This document shows, in pieces, positions 1-13,451 of a DNA stretch of 64,000 bases; the first letter of the stretch is position 1; each line of letters begins with the position of its first letter. Location: the NCBI RefSeq assembly GCF_006345805.1, contig NC_042999.1, positions 16,120,001 to 16,184,000 on the forward strand, read 5' to 3'. A program made the position numbers and the translations under genes. The stretch comes from Octopus sinensis (taxonomy: Eukaryota). The notes under the pieces were generated by a model, which searched no databases, was not told where the DNA came from, and worked only from the letters and a program-made list of their open reading frames with translations.

Positions 1-1059
1 CAGTGCATAACTGGTACTTAATTTATCGACCCTGAAAGGATCAAAGACACAGTCGACTTGGCAGAATTCAAACTCAGAACATAACGGCAGATGAAATACT
101 GGTAAGCGTTTTGCTTGGCGTGCTAACGTTTCTGCCAGCTCACCGCATTCTTTCAGTTTCTGTCTACAAAATCCACCCCCAAGGCTTTGTTATTGTAGAA
201 GGTCTTACCCAAAGTGCCATTCAGTAGTAGTGAACCCAAAACCAGCCAGTTGGAAACTAGCTTCTCAACCATAACAGCCACAGCTACACCTATAATATAA
301 ATAATAATAATAATAATAAAAAAAGGTGGGATTGCTCATTAAGTTAATGGATGTCATTTGAATATTAACACCTGAGTTAGTTACATAATTATGATGATTT
401 TTCACCTTAAATATAATATCCTTTTCACTGACTTTAACAACATGTCTCCTAATAGGAGCAAAAATATTTTGATTATTCAATTTTATTTGTTAAGAAGAAT
501 ATAACTTATTGAATACGTTTTAGCCTTATGATGTTTCATAAAAGAATATTAAGACAATACTGTGTGTCTTTTATAATTTTATTCTCATATTGATATGTCA
601 CAATAGCCATTAAATGATGATAACTGATAACACATCAGTGGAATTTTCTGACTTTCCATTGATAAATAAATCTTTCTGCTTTTCTATTAATATATAATTG
701 CTAGCATGATGCTTTCATTGATACAACACATAAAAAGGCTTCGTTAATTATCTTTGCTTGTAAGTAAAATCATTTAAGACAGATATTTGATTATATTATT
801 TAACAATCATATCATCATGCTTGGATTTATGATTGATTCTCTTTTCCTTCTTTCTTTCTTTATTTTGCTTTTTTTTTGTTGTTGTTGTTGTTGTTGTTGT
901 CTTTTGCTTGTTGTCTTTTTCTTTTTTATCACAGCAAAGCAAAACAAAGGATTCAGAATTTAATAATGGCCAATTGAGAAATTATCTTTTCAGTTTGTAA
1001 TTTATTACCAGTGTGCTTTTCAAAATATTATTACAGCACAGTCAGAGTAGTTGATGGGG

Positions 1060-1770
1060 AAGCTGATGACAGCGACAAGGATAATGATGACAGTGACAAG
1101 CAATGGAGATGATGAATCTGTTGATGATGATGGTGGTGGTGGTGGTAGTGGTGGTGGTAGTAGTGGTGGTAGTGGTAGTGGTGGTAGTGGTGGTGGTGGT
1201 GGTGGTAGTGGTGGTGGTGGTGGTGGTTGTTGTTGTGGTGGTGGTGGTGGTGGTTGTAGTGGTGGTGGTGCTGGTGGTGGTGATGGTTGTCATTTTCATT
1301 GCAGTGGTAGTGGTAGTAGTGGTGCAGGTGGTGCTGGTGGTGGTGGTTGTGGTGGTGGTGATGGTTGTCATTATCAAGGAAGTGGTGGTGGCAGTGGTAG
1401 TGGTAGTAGTGGTGCAGCGGTGCTGGTGGTGGTGGTTGTGGTGGTGGTTGTGGTCGTCATTATCAAGGAAGTGGTGGTGGCAGTGGTAGTGGTAGTAGTG
1501 GTGCAGGTGGTGCTGGTGGTTGTGGTGATGGTTGTCATTGTCATAGAAGTGATGGTGGTGGTGCTAATGGTAACAATAACGATGAGGAAGAAGAAGAGTG
1601 AGGAAATGGTGAGGAGGGTGGTGGTGGTAGTGGTGATGATGAGGAGAAGCAGGAGGGTGAGGAAGAAGAGGAGAAAAGGGGAAGGAGGAGGAGGTGATGT
1701 GATGGTGATGACGGTAATATGATGGTGGTGGTGGTGGTGGTGGTGGTTGTCATCGTCGTCGTCGTCGTGA
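1060..1770. repeat. (GGT)/(GAT) cryptic simple repeat with a ~90-bp higher-order unit
   Basis: Directly visible. Confidence 0.9.
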
Positions 1771-2248
1771 TGGTGACAATAATGATGATGTAAAGAAAGA
1801 TATAAAATTTCCAACAATTTTCTCTCATATCAAAACAATGTTATTTAAAAAAAAAAAAAAGCAATTAACAAAATGTTCCCCTTTATGAAATTTCAATAAT
1901 TGAAAATCCATGTGACAAAACAAAAAGCGATAATATACCAGGAAATGTGCAAGATTAGATCCCTTGTTCTATTTAGCTTTAAGTTATCATGACCTGGTCC
2001 TTAGGTAATTAAGCAGGTGTTACCAAATGTTATGGTTGCTGCCCTTTCCCTATCTTATTAAGCTATAGAAAGGCTGTAAGTTCTTACTCCTACCTACTTC
2101 TCTTTCTTCTTCCTCTCCTCTTCTTCTTTTCTAACAACTCCACCCAACTCTCAGTCCTAAATATTTGACCTCTTCTTTTCCTTTTCTTCTTATTCTTGAC
2201 CCTTTCATTTCTTCTAATATTTACCTTTTCATTCTGTATAAACATGTT

Positions 2249-2481
2249 GAGGCGGCGAGCTGGCAGAATCGTTAGCATGCCGGACGAAATGCGTAGCTGT
2301 ATTTCGTTTGCCGTTACGTTCTGAGTTCAAATTCCGCCGAGGTCGACTTTGCCTTTCATCCTTTCGGGGTCGATAAATCAAGTACCAGTTACGCACTGGA
2401 GTTGATATAATTGACTTAATACCTATGTCTGTCCTTGTTTGTCCCCTCTGTGTTTAGCCCCTTGTGGGTAGTAAAGAAATA
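2249..2481 (+). mobile_element. tRNA-derived SINE family B
   Basis: Head GGCGGCGAGCTGGCAGAA...GAGTTCAAATTCC; body GTCGACTTTGCCTTTCATCCTTTCGGGGTCGATAAA (recalled as a Meta/MESC-like domain, unverified); tail AAAGAAATA. Other copies at 4782-4995, 15721-15954 (-), 43525-43753 (-) and 48490-48671 (-). Confidence 0.9.
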
Positions 2482-3309
2482 TATATAAACATGTATGCAT
2501 GGGTACACCTAGGTATTTGTTTTCTGTCAACATAGGAAAGTGGCTCCAGCCTAATATTCATAATGACCTTTGACCCTAAAGTTGACTTGGCAGAATTTGA
2601 ACTCAGAACGTAATGGCAGATGAAATACTGGTAAGCGTTGGGCCTGGCTTGCTAACGTTTCTGCCAGCTCACCGCATTCTTTCAGTTTCTGTTTACCAAA
2701 TCAACCCACAAGGCTTTGTTATTGTAGAAGGTCTTACCCAAGGTGCCATTCAGTAGTAGTGAACCCAAAACCAGCCAGTTGGAAACTAGCTTCTAAACTA
2801 TAACAGCCACAGCTACACCTATAATATACATAATAATAAAAAAAAAAATGGTGGGATTGCTCATTAAATTAATGGATGTCATTTGAATATTAACACCTGA
2901 GTTAGTTACATAATCATGATGATTTTCACCATAAATATAATATCCTTTTCACTGACTTTCGTTCCCCTCTCCTTTTCTTTATTCTTAACAAATTTACGCA
3001 ATCCCCCACTCCCAGATATTCAACCTCTTCTTTCACTTTTATTACTTATTGAAAGTTTTATTTCTTCAAACATTTGTTTTTTTTATTTTGATTTTATTCT
3101 GTTCTTCCAGCTTCTTCCTTCATTTTAAATTACATCTTCAGTGAGTTAAACCTGGGATTCCCAAGCAATAAGGTAACCATCTTTGCATAATTAAGGTATC
3201 TATGGCCTGATGAGGAGCTAGCTGCGTACCCCTTGTTGAGTAATTACTTCATCAAAAGATCTGCTAGCTAGGAAATGCATGTAACCTGGATTTTACCTGT
3301 CTCACACCT

Positions 3310-3349
<40 letters not shown>

Positions 3350-3678
3350 TCGCCATACTAATATGGCATTCTTATAAAAATAAGAATAAAGCTGTCCGCT
3401 TATTAGCTCCATGAGGCCATCGCCTTAACTATTATTTTCCAGGAACGCTGCCGTGATCTCTTTTAGAGAGACTTAGTAATTTTAATATTTCTATATATAC
3501 ATATATATATATAGTGACGTATTTTTGCCATTTCAATATGGCTAACCCCTAAGGGTGGATGCTACTGTAGTTTTTAGCCCCAGGAGGACACACTCCTCCA
3601 GCTGGCCATAGACACACTTTCTGTGTCCTGTCAGTATTTGCAAAGGGAAGTCATCCTTCCTGTCTTCAACTTATGATA

Positions 3679-3723
3679 CACACGGACTCGAGTTTCGAGG
3701 TATTGACCTCTCGTCAGCGTGTG
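3679..3723 (-). ncRNA. Intact type I hammerhead ribozyme
   Basis: CACACG-CUGACGA-GAGGU caau ACCUC-GAAA-CUCGAG-UC^-CGUGUG: 6-bp stem I, 5-bp stem II, palindromic stem III, GUC cleavage triplet. Confidence 0.92.
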
Positions 3724-4046
3724 ACAATCATAGTTGTCAGCGAGAATTAGATTTCCTTCACAAATACTTATACTTTTTCCAGCGTCCACTGTCGCTGATA
3801 TTGAAAAAGTGAAATCAAACAATGATAAATATCAAAGTGAGTTATATACAGTAGCGGTAACACATCGTGACATATTTTTGCCATTTCAATATGGCTAACC
3901 CCTAAGGGTGGATGCTACTGTAGTTTTTAGCCCCAGGAGGACACACTCCTCCAGCTGGCCATAGACACACTTTCTATGTGTTGTCAGTATTTGCAAAGGG
4001 AAGTTATCCTTCCCGTCTTCAACTTATCGCCGACAACTATGATTGT

Positions 4047-4091
4047 CACACGCTGACGAGAGGTCAATACCTCGAAACTCGAGTCCGTGTG
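4047..4091 (+). ncRNA. Intact type I hammerhead ribozyme, identical to 3679-3723
   Basis: Same sequence on the plus strand; predicted cleavage after C4085. Confidence 0.92.
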
Positions 4092-4298
4092 TATCATAAG
4101 TTGAAGACGGGAAGGATGACTTCCCTTTGCAAATACTGACAGGACACAGAAAGTGTGTCTATGGCCAGCTGGAGGAGTGTGTCCTCCTGGGGCTAAAAAC
4201 TACAGTAGCATCCACCCTTAGGGGTTAGCCATATTGAAATGGCAAAAATACGTCACGATGTGTTACCGCTACTGTATATAACTCACTTTGATATTTAT

Positions 4299-4400
<102 letters not shown>

Positions 4401-4625
4401 CATAAAGCACATAAAAAGTACCATCCGAGCATTGTGTGCTTTGTATGTATACAACTTCATTCAACCAAATCCACTCGCAAGAATTTGGTAGCTTTCAATT
4501 GCCTAAGATGGCAAACAATATAGCTGCAAAGCAAATTTTTTGACAGTAGAACTATACCATATAAAAGTTGCATTGATGTACAATAAGCTACAGGATTAAA
4601 ATAATGACCTGCTGATCTCCTAATC

Positions 4626-5176
4626 CAGAGGTTATCAAATTTTTTGAGCCACCCCGCTCCTCATGGCCATATAATACCCCCAGTGCCCCCACCCCTATTT
4701 TTATTTATAAATATATATTTTATATTTTACTAATTTATATGTACTATGAATCATTTGATACTTATATAATATATAATTTGTAAGGTGGTGAGCTGGTAGA
4801 AACATTAGCATGCCGGGCGAAATGATTTGCGGTACTTTGTCTGTCTATACATTCTGAGTTCAAATTCCGCTGAGGTTGACTTTGCGTTTCATCCTTTCAG
4901 GGTCAATAAATTAAGTACCAGTTGTGTACTGGGCTCGATCTAATCGACTGGCCCCCTCCCTAAAAATTTCGAGCCTTGTGCCTAGAGTAGAAAAAAAAAA
5001 TATAATTGTATACAATACTATGATAATATTATCATAAATTCAAAGCATTCCCCAATCCATTGCCTTCCTCCCAACACCTCCTTTTTTCTCTACCACCCAC
5101 TTATGCATCAGTGCCCACCTGGGCCATCTTAATGCCCACCAGTTGGGGGTGGTAGCACCCACTTTGAGAACCTATG
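4626..5176. mobile_element. hAT-like MITE interrupted by a family B SINE
   Basis: TIRs CAGAGGTTATCAAA and rc CATAGGTTCTCAAA (12/14 identical); 8-bp TSD only partly preserved. Confidence 0.5.
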
Positions 5177-5449
5177 CTCGAATCAGTAGTTCAGACTTCA
5201 CAATCATACGGCAGAGTAATGTCAAATTGGACAAGACACATTTTGTGTTTTGGTGTTTCTCTCTTGACAATAGATTCCAATCGTATTTTATTATTGAGAT
5301 ATCTTTAATGGTACAAATGACATCTTGCCAGCTGAGAAAAAAAAAATCAATGGTTTTTACATGACTATATATGTAGTGCAATGTCATATAAGTGACCTCC
5401 TGCTAAAATTCATTCACCTACTTTCAGTAAAGCAAAAAAGCAAAAAAAA

Positions 5450-5487
<38 letters not shown>

Positions 5488-5700
5488 CATACACATATAT
5501 AAACAAACATATAAATATCATTGGCATCATCGTAGTCATTGTTATCATTACCATCATCATCATCATCATCATCATCAACATCATCACCTGTTTTTTTAAA
5601 TCTTGGTCAAAAGGAATTTGTTGAGACAAATTTTTCTGTGGTTGACTGTCCCTTCATGTTGCCAACCCTCACCTGTTTCCAAAGAAGGCACTATTTCTCA

Positions 5701-6004
5701 TGTTTGTTCCTTCTCGAGCCATGCCTGGCTCATAAGGGCCAGTTTTCTGATTTCCTTGGTGAATAGGTTCCCCACCTGGATGGGACGCTGGTCCGTCACA
5801 GGTGAGCTGCAAGGTGCAGGAGGAAAGAGTGAGAGAAAGTTGTGGTGAAAGAGTCAGCAAAAGTTCGCCATTACCTTCTGCCAGAGCCATGTGGAGCTTA
5901 GGTGCTTTTGCTCATAAACACACACATCGCTTGGTCTAAGATTCGAACCCGCGATCCCTCGACCACGAGTCTGCTGCCCTAATCACTAGACTATGTGCCT
6001 CCAC
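5701..6004 (-). mobile_element. Chimeric SINE: family D head and body with a V-domain-like tail
   Basis: The first ~185 nt match family D. The tail CTGTGACGGACCAGCGTCCCATCCAGG...GAGCCAGGC matches the tail of 59533-59780. Confidence 0.75.
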
Positions 6005-6172
6005 TATTTCCCATGGCCAGACAGATTTTCCACAAAATACTTAGAAATGAACAAAATCACTTGTATGGTGATGCTAGTTTACAACCACCATGGGACGTCA
6101 AAAAAAGCATACAAGAGAAACACACACACATACACACACGCACACACACACACATACTCACATGCACATATA

Positions 6173-6384
6173 CAGGGTGGCCCAATAGTCATTTTACAAT
6201 TATTCAACTATCTCTTTCGCATTCATATATTAACATATTAGATCTTAATTATAAAAAAATATGAAACCATTATTCAATGCTAATTTAGTTAATTGTAAGA
6301 TAGGAATTTAAATGTAATAAAATGTTTTAAAAGAAATTTAAAGTGCTTACAAGATAACTGTAAACCTACTTTTGGGCCACCCTG
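6173..6384. mobile_element. Tc1/mariner MITE
   Basis: Perfect 13-bp TIR CAGGGTGGCCCAA; TA TSDs at 6171-6172 and 6385-6386. Confidence 0.82.
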
Positions 6385-8435
6385 TATGTATACGAGGGGA
6401 TTCTTCCAGTTTTCATCTATCAAAATGAGGTCCTATTCTCTCCTTTATTTCTCTTTTATATCTTTATTTCTTTACTTCTTTATTTCTTCAGGTAAATTAT
6501 TCTGGCCCCTTATTCCTTTCTCTCAACTTGATCGACAGTTTTCTAAGATTTTGCACGGCAGGGAGGACTCCCTCAAAGCACTGGGTGTTAAAACACCCGA
6601 AAGTCTTAGACAGCTGAGATAAATCATCCCAAATACCATTTAGGACTGATAGACATCGATGTTTCAACTTTTTTGTGGCTTATTAATATAAGGTCCCAGA
6701 ATTGAATAGGATACGAACTGAATCACCATTCCATGGCTATATGCAAATACTGTAAAAAACCATTTGCTGGTATGTCATGATGATGCATATGTAAGAGTAA
6801 ATTCAAATATGAATTAGAAACAGCACAAGTATTGTAAACATTATTGAGCACACATACACAATGTATGAGCTTAGCTTGTTTGCTGGTATGCTGCGAATTA
6901 GCACGGTAGGGATGACTCCTTCAACGTACTGTGTGATAAAACACATAAAAGTCATAGACTGGTGAGATAACTCACCTCAAATCCCATTCAAGAGTGATGG
7001 ACATAGTAGAAGGTACCTGCTTATGGTACCACACAGTGGGATTGAACCTGAGATCACATGGTTTAGAAACAAACTTTACATTTATATATTTTTTATTTTT
7101 TATTTCCTTTAGTTTCAGCTCACGAGCAGTGGCCATGCTGGGGCACTGCCATTTATGCTGGGGCACCACCATTTAGAGTGGTTCTGTGGTAAGTAACTTG
7201 CTTACCAACCACTGAGTTCCGGATTGTAGTTGATGTAATTATTATTGTTATTATTATTATTCAGGTCACTGCCTAGAATTGAACTCAGAATCTTGGTGTT
7301 AACCACACAGCTACACCTGTGTCTACATCAAACATTGTATACAATTTCTTTTTTATACTTTTATGGTGTCTTATCCTCTTTTGGATTCTTCTCTTTAAGT
7401 AAATAATCATGGCTCCTTATTCTTTTCTCTCAATTTGATCAGCAGTTTTTACGTAACCAGAGCTGAAATACAAATTCTTGTACAGATCCAGAATGCCTCA
7501 TTTCTCAGTTAAAAGATTATACATTATGAAATTGTACAAATATGAAACGATTATTCAATGCTAATTTAGTTAATTGTAAGATAGAAATTTAAATGTAATA
7601 AAATGTTTTAAAAGAAATTTAAAGTGCCTACATGATAACTGTAAACCTACTTTTGGGCCACCCTGTATGTATACGAGGGAATTCTTCCAGTTTTCATCGA
7701 TCAAAATGAGGTCATATTCTCTCCTTTATTTCTCTTTTATATCTTTATTTCTTTGCTTCTGTATTTCTTCAGGTAAATAATTCTGGCTCCTTATTCCTTT
7801 CTCTCAACTTGATCAGCAGTTTTCTACATAACCAGAGTTGGAACACAAATTCTTGTACAGATCCAGAATGTCTCATTTCTCAGTTCAAAGATTATACGTT
7901 GTCACATTTATGATTTCTGTTCTCTTTAATATCAACATTCAAACTTATCACTCTGGGAACCAAAATTTGCTGTCATTTGAACCTTTGGTAAAGAGTAATT
8001 ACTTTTACATACGTCTATGTATAATTAATGCATATGATAACATTAAGAGGACTGATTAGTTTATACTATCACACTTGAGATATTGAGATAGAGAACTAAA
8101 AATAATTTTCTGTTAATTGCACCTGGAACCTTAATGAGAAGGAAAGTAATTAGTGTTAATGAAAATTATTCTTAAAAGTATCAAAGGAGAGAATCCTGAA
8201 ATTCCAATCAGCTGAAATTTAAAGAGAGATAAGTTGAAGGAGCAGGAAAATTGGTTGCACGGTGTTTGGTAACTATGGTGACAACTCTGGTTATGTTTCA
8301 GTCTTACTGGACTTCCTCAGCAAGATGTCCACTGAATGATTGCAATGACATCACAATACCTGCGTCCATGCCTGCACTTTTCCTTTTGCAATAATAAAAG
8401 CACATATTCACTGCACATATAAAGAAAATATTATT

Positions 8436-8587
8436 GTAGGAGTGGCTGTGTGGTAAGTAGCTTGGTTACGAACCACATGGTTCCGGGTTCAAGTCCCACT
8501 GTATGGCACCTTGGGCAAGTGTGTTCTCCTATAGCCTTGTGAGTGGATTTGGTAGATGGAAACTGAAAGAAGCCCATCGTATATATG

Positions 8588-8622
<35 letters not shown>

Positions 8623-8830
8623 CTATGTTTGTGTGTCTGTGTTCGTCCCCCCAACATTGCTTGACAACCGATGCTGATGTGTTTACATCCCCGTAACTTA
8701 GCAGTTCGGCACAAGAGACTGATAGAATAAGTATTAGGCTTACAAAGAATAAGTCCTGGGGTCGATTTGTTCGACTAAAGGTGGTGCTCCAGCATGGCCA
8801 CAGTCAAATGACTGAAACAAGTAAAAGAGA
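8436..8830 (+). mobile_element. SINE family A, full length
   Basis: Colinear with 25540-25910. Confidence 0.9.
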
Positions 8831-9831
8831 AAGGAGTAAAAGCGTACCTCAACCACGTGAGCATCAACAACACATTACACCTAGGACTATGTCTGTACCT
8901 CACCATTAATGAATAATTCCTGGTAACTTGACTTCTTCGACATAGCAAAGACTTCAACCCCCGCCAACAATTATTAACCTTCTGTAAGTCTCAGAAGACC
9001 CACATGGCATTACTGCGCCCTCATTTGGGACAGTGCTACTGCCACACACACACATCCTTGACCAGTACTGGATTAACCATCAAACAAAAAAACGCATGTG
9101 CTAAGGGCATCAAGTGAAGAGGGTATCTACATAAATAGTAAATGGTCTATGGGACAAAAGAAATTACTTTTAACTTGCTAAAATAATATTCAAAACGGTT
9201 TATATTATTGGAAATATAATTTCAAATTGTTCATAGTGTCATAGTGATGATTTGATGAAAGACTTTGCAATTAGAAAGAGGGTGAGGAAACTTTTCAAAT
9301 GTAAAGTTTGGTTTAGAAACAAACTTTACGTTTTATATATATATATATGAAATATTTGAATATACATATATAAAATATTTGCTCATGGGCATATGGCATA
9401 GTGATTAAGAGCACAGGCTACTAACCCCAAGATTCCGAGTTCGATACTAGGTAGTGACCTGATTAATAATAATAATAACAATAATAATAGCAACAACTAC
9501 AATCCGGAACTCAGTGGTTGGTAAGCAAGCTACTTACCACAGAAGCACTCGAAATGGCGGTGTCCCAGCATGGCCACAGTTCATGAGCTGAAACTAGATG
9601 AAATAAAAAATAAAAAATATATAAATATAAAGTTTGTTTCTAAACCATGTGATCTCAGGTCCAATCCCACTGTGTGGTATCATAAACAGGTACCTTCTAC
9701 TATGCCCATCACTCCTGAATGGGATTTGAGGTGAGTTATCTCACCAGTCTATGACTTTCAAAAGTGGAAGAATACAAAAATAAACATTATTTTCCATCTT
9801 ATTGTTAGTTTTGTTTCATTATGAAAAACAA

Positions 9832-10210
9832 AAGGTGGCGAGCTGGCAGAAACGTTAGCATATCAGGAGAAATGCTTAGTGGTATATTGTCTGTCTTACC
9901 GCCAAGGTCGACTTTGCCTTTCATCCTTTCAGGGGCGATTAAATAAGTACCAGTTACACACTGGGGTCGATATAATCGACTTAATCCATTTGTCTGTCCT
10001 TGTTTGTCCTCTGTGTGTGTAGCCCCTTTTGGGTAGTAAAGAAATAGGTATATCATCTCACTTACATTCTGAGTTCAAATTCTACCAAGGTTGACTTTCC
10101 ATTTCGCACTTTTGGGGTCGATTAAATAAGTACCAGTTGTGTACTGGGGTTGATCTAATCGACTGGCCCCCTCCCCCAAAATTTTGGGCCATGTGCCTAG
10201 AGTAGAAAAA
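9832..10210 (+). mobile_element. SINE family B dimer; the second unit lacks the head
   Basis: Junction AAAGAAATAG|GTAT at 10047/10048. Confidence 0.8.
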
Positions 10211-10299
10211 GATTATGAAAAACAAAAATTTATTTTTAGGTTTCTCATTGTTTATGTTTTGAATTTTATACGCATGAGGGTACCAAAGTCTTTTAAATG

Positions 10300-10640
10300 C
10301 TAAGGGCCTCTATGGGTCTTGATTTGGCCCTGTCCAAGACCACCCCCAAAGATTGGTCATGTGATTTATCTGCATAAAGTCAGTCATCCATGCACTCCAG
10401 CAGTTACATATCTCCCCTACAGTGCCCTCTGAGCCTCTGATTTGGTTGTTCTTATACCATCTCCTCCTCCCAGGTACTCCCAACTCATTTACCCCTCTAC
10501 CCACCCCGGTCATCCTCATTGTACTCTGCTAAACCCCGTACTACACACTATGTCCATTCCTTATTTCACCAGAATGTTAGTTCTCTGGAATTCTTTCTCC
10601 CATATGACATGTTTTCCTGCTGTCATAGACCTACAAGGGG
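10300..10640 (+). mobile_element. Old CR1/L2-group LINE 3' fragment
   Basis: Degenerate HP...Y..S..F.R..LWNS...FP...DL motif. Confidence 0.55.
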
Positions 10641-10829
10641 GTGAGATGCTCTTTGGCACAAGGCATTTTGGTCCCGCCTGTTTGGCATCACAGATTCAAT
10701 GCTGACATTTGACATCAAACATTTTAACGATCCTCTCAGGTTTCTCCTTCCCTCCCTCCTTCCCTCTGACTGTCAGTGTGACTGTCTATCTGACTGTCAG
10801 TGTGACTGTTTGTCTGTATGTCTGTCTGC

Positions 10830-10863
<34 letters not shown>

Positions 10864-10944
10864 TTCTCTCTCTCTCTCCCTCTCTCTCTCTCTTTCTCTT
10901 TGCATGTGTGAGCATCTAGTTACGTTTGCATGAATTTGTAATAT

Positions 10945-11730
10945 CTCTCTCTCTTTCTCTTCATCTCTCTCTTCATCTCTCTCTCTCTTCATCTCTCTCT
11001 CTCTTCATCTCTCTCTCTCTTCATCTCTCTCTCTTCATCCCTCTCTCTCTTCATCTCTCTCTCTCTTCATCCCTCTCTCTCTTCATCTCTCTCTCTTCAT
11101 CTCTCTCTTCATCCCTCTCTCTCTTCATCTCTCTCTCTTCATCTCTCTCTTCATCCCTCTCTCTCTTCATCTCTCTCTCTTCATCTCTCTCTTCATCCCT
11201 CTCTCTCTTCATCTCTCTCTCTCTCTTCACCTCTCTCTCTCTTCATCTCTCTCTCTTCGTCTCTCTCTCTCTTCATCTCTCTCTCTTCATCTCTCTCTTC
11301 ATCCCTCTCTCTCTTCATCTCTCTCTCTTCGTCTCTCTCTTCATCCCTCTCTCTCTTCATCCCTCTCTCTCTTCATCTCTCTCTCTTCATCTCTCTCTTC
11401 ATCCCTCTCTCTCTTCACCTCTCTCTCTCTTCATCTCTCTCTCTTCGTCTCTCTCTTCATCCCTCTCTCTCTTCGTCTCTCTCTCTCTCTCTCTCTTCAT
11501 CTCTCTCTCTTCATCTCTCTCTTCATCCCTCTCTCTCTTCATCTCTCTCTCTCTTCATCTCTCTCTCTCTTCATCTCTCTCTCTCTTCATCCCTCTCTCT
11601 CTTCATCTCTCTCTCTTCATCTCTCTCTCTCTCTTCATCTCTCTCTCTCTCTTCACCTCTCTCTCTCTTCACCTCTCTCTCTCTTCATCTCTCTCTCTTC
11701 GTCTCTCTCCCTCTTCATCTCCCCCTCTCT
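10945..11730. repeat. (CT)n-derived minisatellite (CTCTTCATCTCT variants)
   Basis: Directly visible. Confidence 0.95.
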
Positions 11731-12142
11731 CTCTCTATTTGTATATGTATATATCTGCATTCACATGCACCTGTCTGTGTTCCCCTTCAGTGCCCAAACA
11801 TGCAGTGGTCAAAACAGGTTGAATGTCCAGTCAGCCATGCCAAATTATTGTTATTAAAACTGACACACCCCGTCGCCTTCTCGACTTACAACCATTCACA
11901 AGAAACATTAACCTTGTTTATGTAACTGACCTCAAGAGGTCATAGGGACAAAGGTCATTGGCACCATCCATCTCTTCACACTGAATCAATATATAAATAC
12001 TCAATACAGGATATGAAGTACAGACCTGTTGGATGGTTATCACTCCCTTGTTATTCCATATTCTTTTTCTTTATTCATATCTTTATTTGTTTCAGTTATT
12101 AAGCTGTGGCCATGCTGGAGCACCACGTGTGAAAATTTTGTA

Positions 12143-12570
12143 GGCGCAGGAGTGGCTGTGTGGTAAGTAGCTTGCTTACCAATCACATGGTTCCGGGTTC
12201 AGTCCCACTGCATGGCACCTTGGGCAAGTGTCTTCTACTATAGCCTCGGGCTGACCAAAAGCCTTGTGAGTGGATTTGATAGATGGAAATTGAAAGAAGC
12301 CCATCTTATATGTATATATATATATATATATATGTATATGTATGTGTGTGTATATGTTTGTGTGTCTGTGTTTGTCCCACCAACATCGCTTCCCAAGTGA
12401 TGCTGGTGTGTTTACATCCCCATAACTTAGAGGTTTGGCAAAAGAGACTGATAGATTAAGTTCTAGGCTTACTAAGAATAAGCTCTGGGGTTGATTTGCT
12501 TGACTAAAGGCGGTGCTCCAGCATGGTCGCACTCAAATGACTGAAACAAGTAAAAGAGTAAAAGAGTAAA
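12143..12570 (+). mobile_element. SINE family A, full length
   Basis: Colinear with 25540-25910. Confidence 0.9.
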
Positions 12571-12936
12571 ATGAATTGACCTCACTACTTATTTTGTTGT
12601 AAAACCTGGTACTTATTCTGTCAGTCTCTTTTGTTGAACTGATAAGTTACACAGGGATGTAAACACACCAACACCGGTTGTCAAGCTTGTGGTGGAGGAC
12701 AAACACAGGTGCAAAAATGGTGCTGCATAAACACACCTGTGCCAGTGGCAGGTAAAAAGCACCCAGCACACTCTGATTAGTGGTTGGCATTAGGAAGGGC
12801 ATCCAGCTATAGGAATCATGCCACAATAGACAAGTGGAGTCTGGATAGCTCCCTGCTAGCCAACTCCATGTCAAACTGTCCAACCCATGCCAGCATGGAA
12901 AGCAGACTTTAAATGATGATGATGATGTGGAGGAGG

Positions 12937-12974
<38 letters not shown>

Positions 12975-13451
12975 AAAGTAAGATAGGGGTTATGAATGTA
13001 ACCCACTATGGGATATCAGTTATCTAATATACTGCTGGTAAAGTACCCAAATACTAAATACATAAATGCTTTTAATTGCAATGCAATTAATTCATATAGT
13101 GTATTAAATGGGTGAAGGTAAAAGATATAATTTTACCGTAAATTCATAATACAAATAAGAAAATGGAGAAGCAAATTCATTTCCCTTCATTTTCTTATTT
13201 GTATATATACATATATGACAGACTTCTTTCAGTTTCTCTCCACCAAAACCACTGACAAGGCTTTGGTCAGTCTGAGGCTGTAGAAGAAGACACTTGCCCA
13301 AGGTGCCACACAGTGAGACTGAACCAGGAACCATGTGGTTGGGAAGCAAGCTTCTTACCACACAGTCATGCCTCTGCCTATTATTTAGGAACCAAAGTAA
13401 AAACTTCATGATTCCTATAGCTGGATGCCCTTCAGCTTTAAGTACCTCTCT

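Noticed and set aside
705-1000. Possible plus-strand exons 705-759 and 935-1000
   Set aside because: Plausible splice sites but very short unidentifiable peptides; not distinguishable from chance.
1051-1722. Gly/Cys-rich 223-aa ORF resembling a structural protein
   Set aside because: Trinucleotide simple repeat open in most frames; it drifts into poly-Val and has no gene context.
3111-3172. Exon-like segment with a good acceptor
   Set aside because: Weak donor, adjacent to a PLE-like remnant, and no recognisable peptide.
10926-11822. 298-aa Ser/Leu ORF
   Set aside because: Translation of a (CT)n minisatellite.
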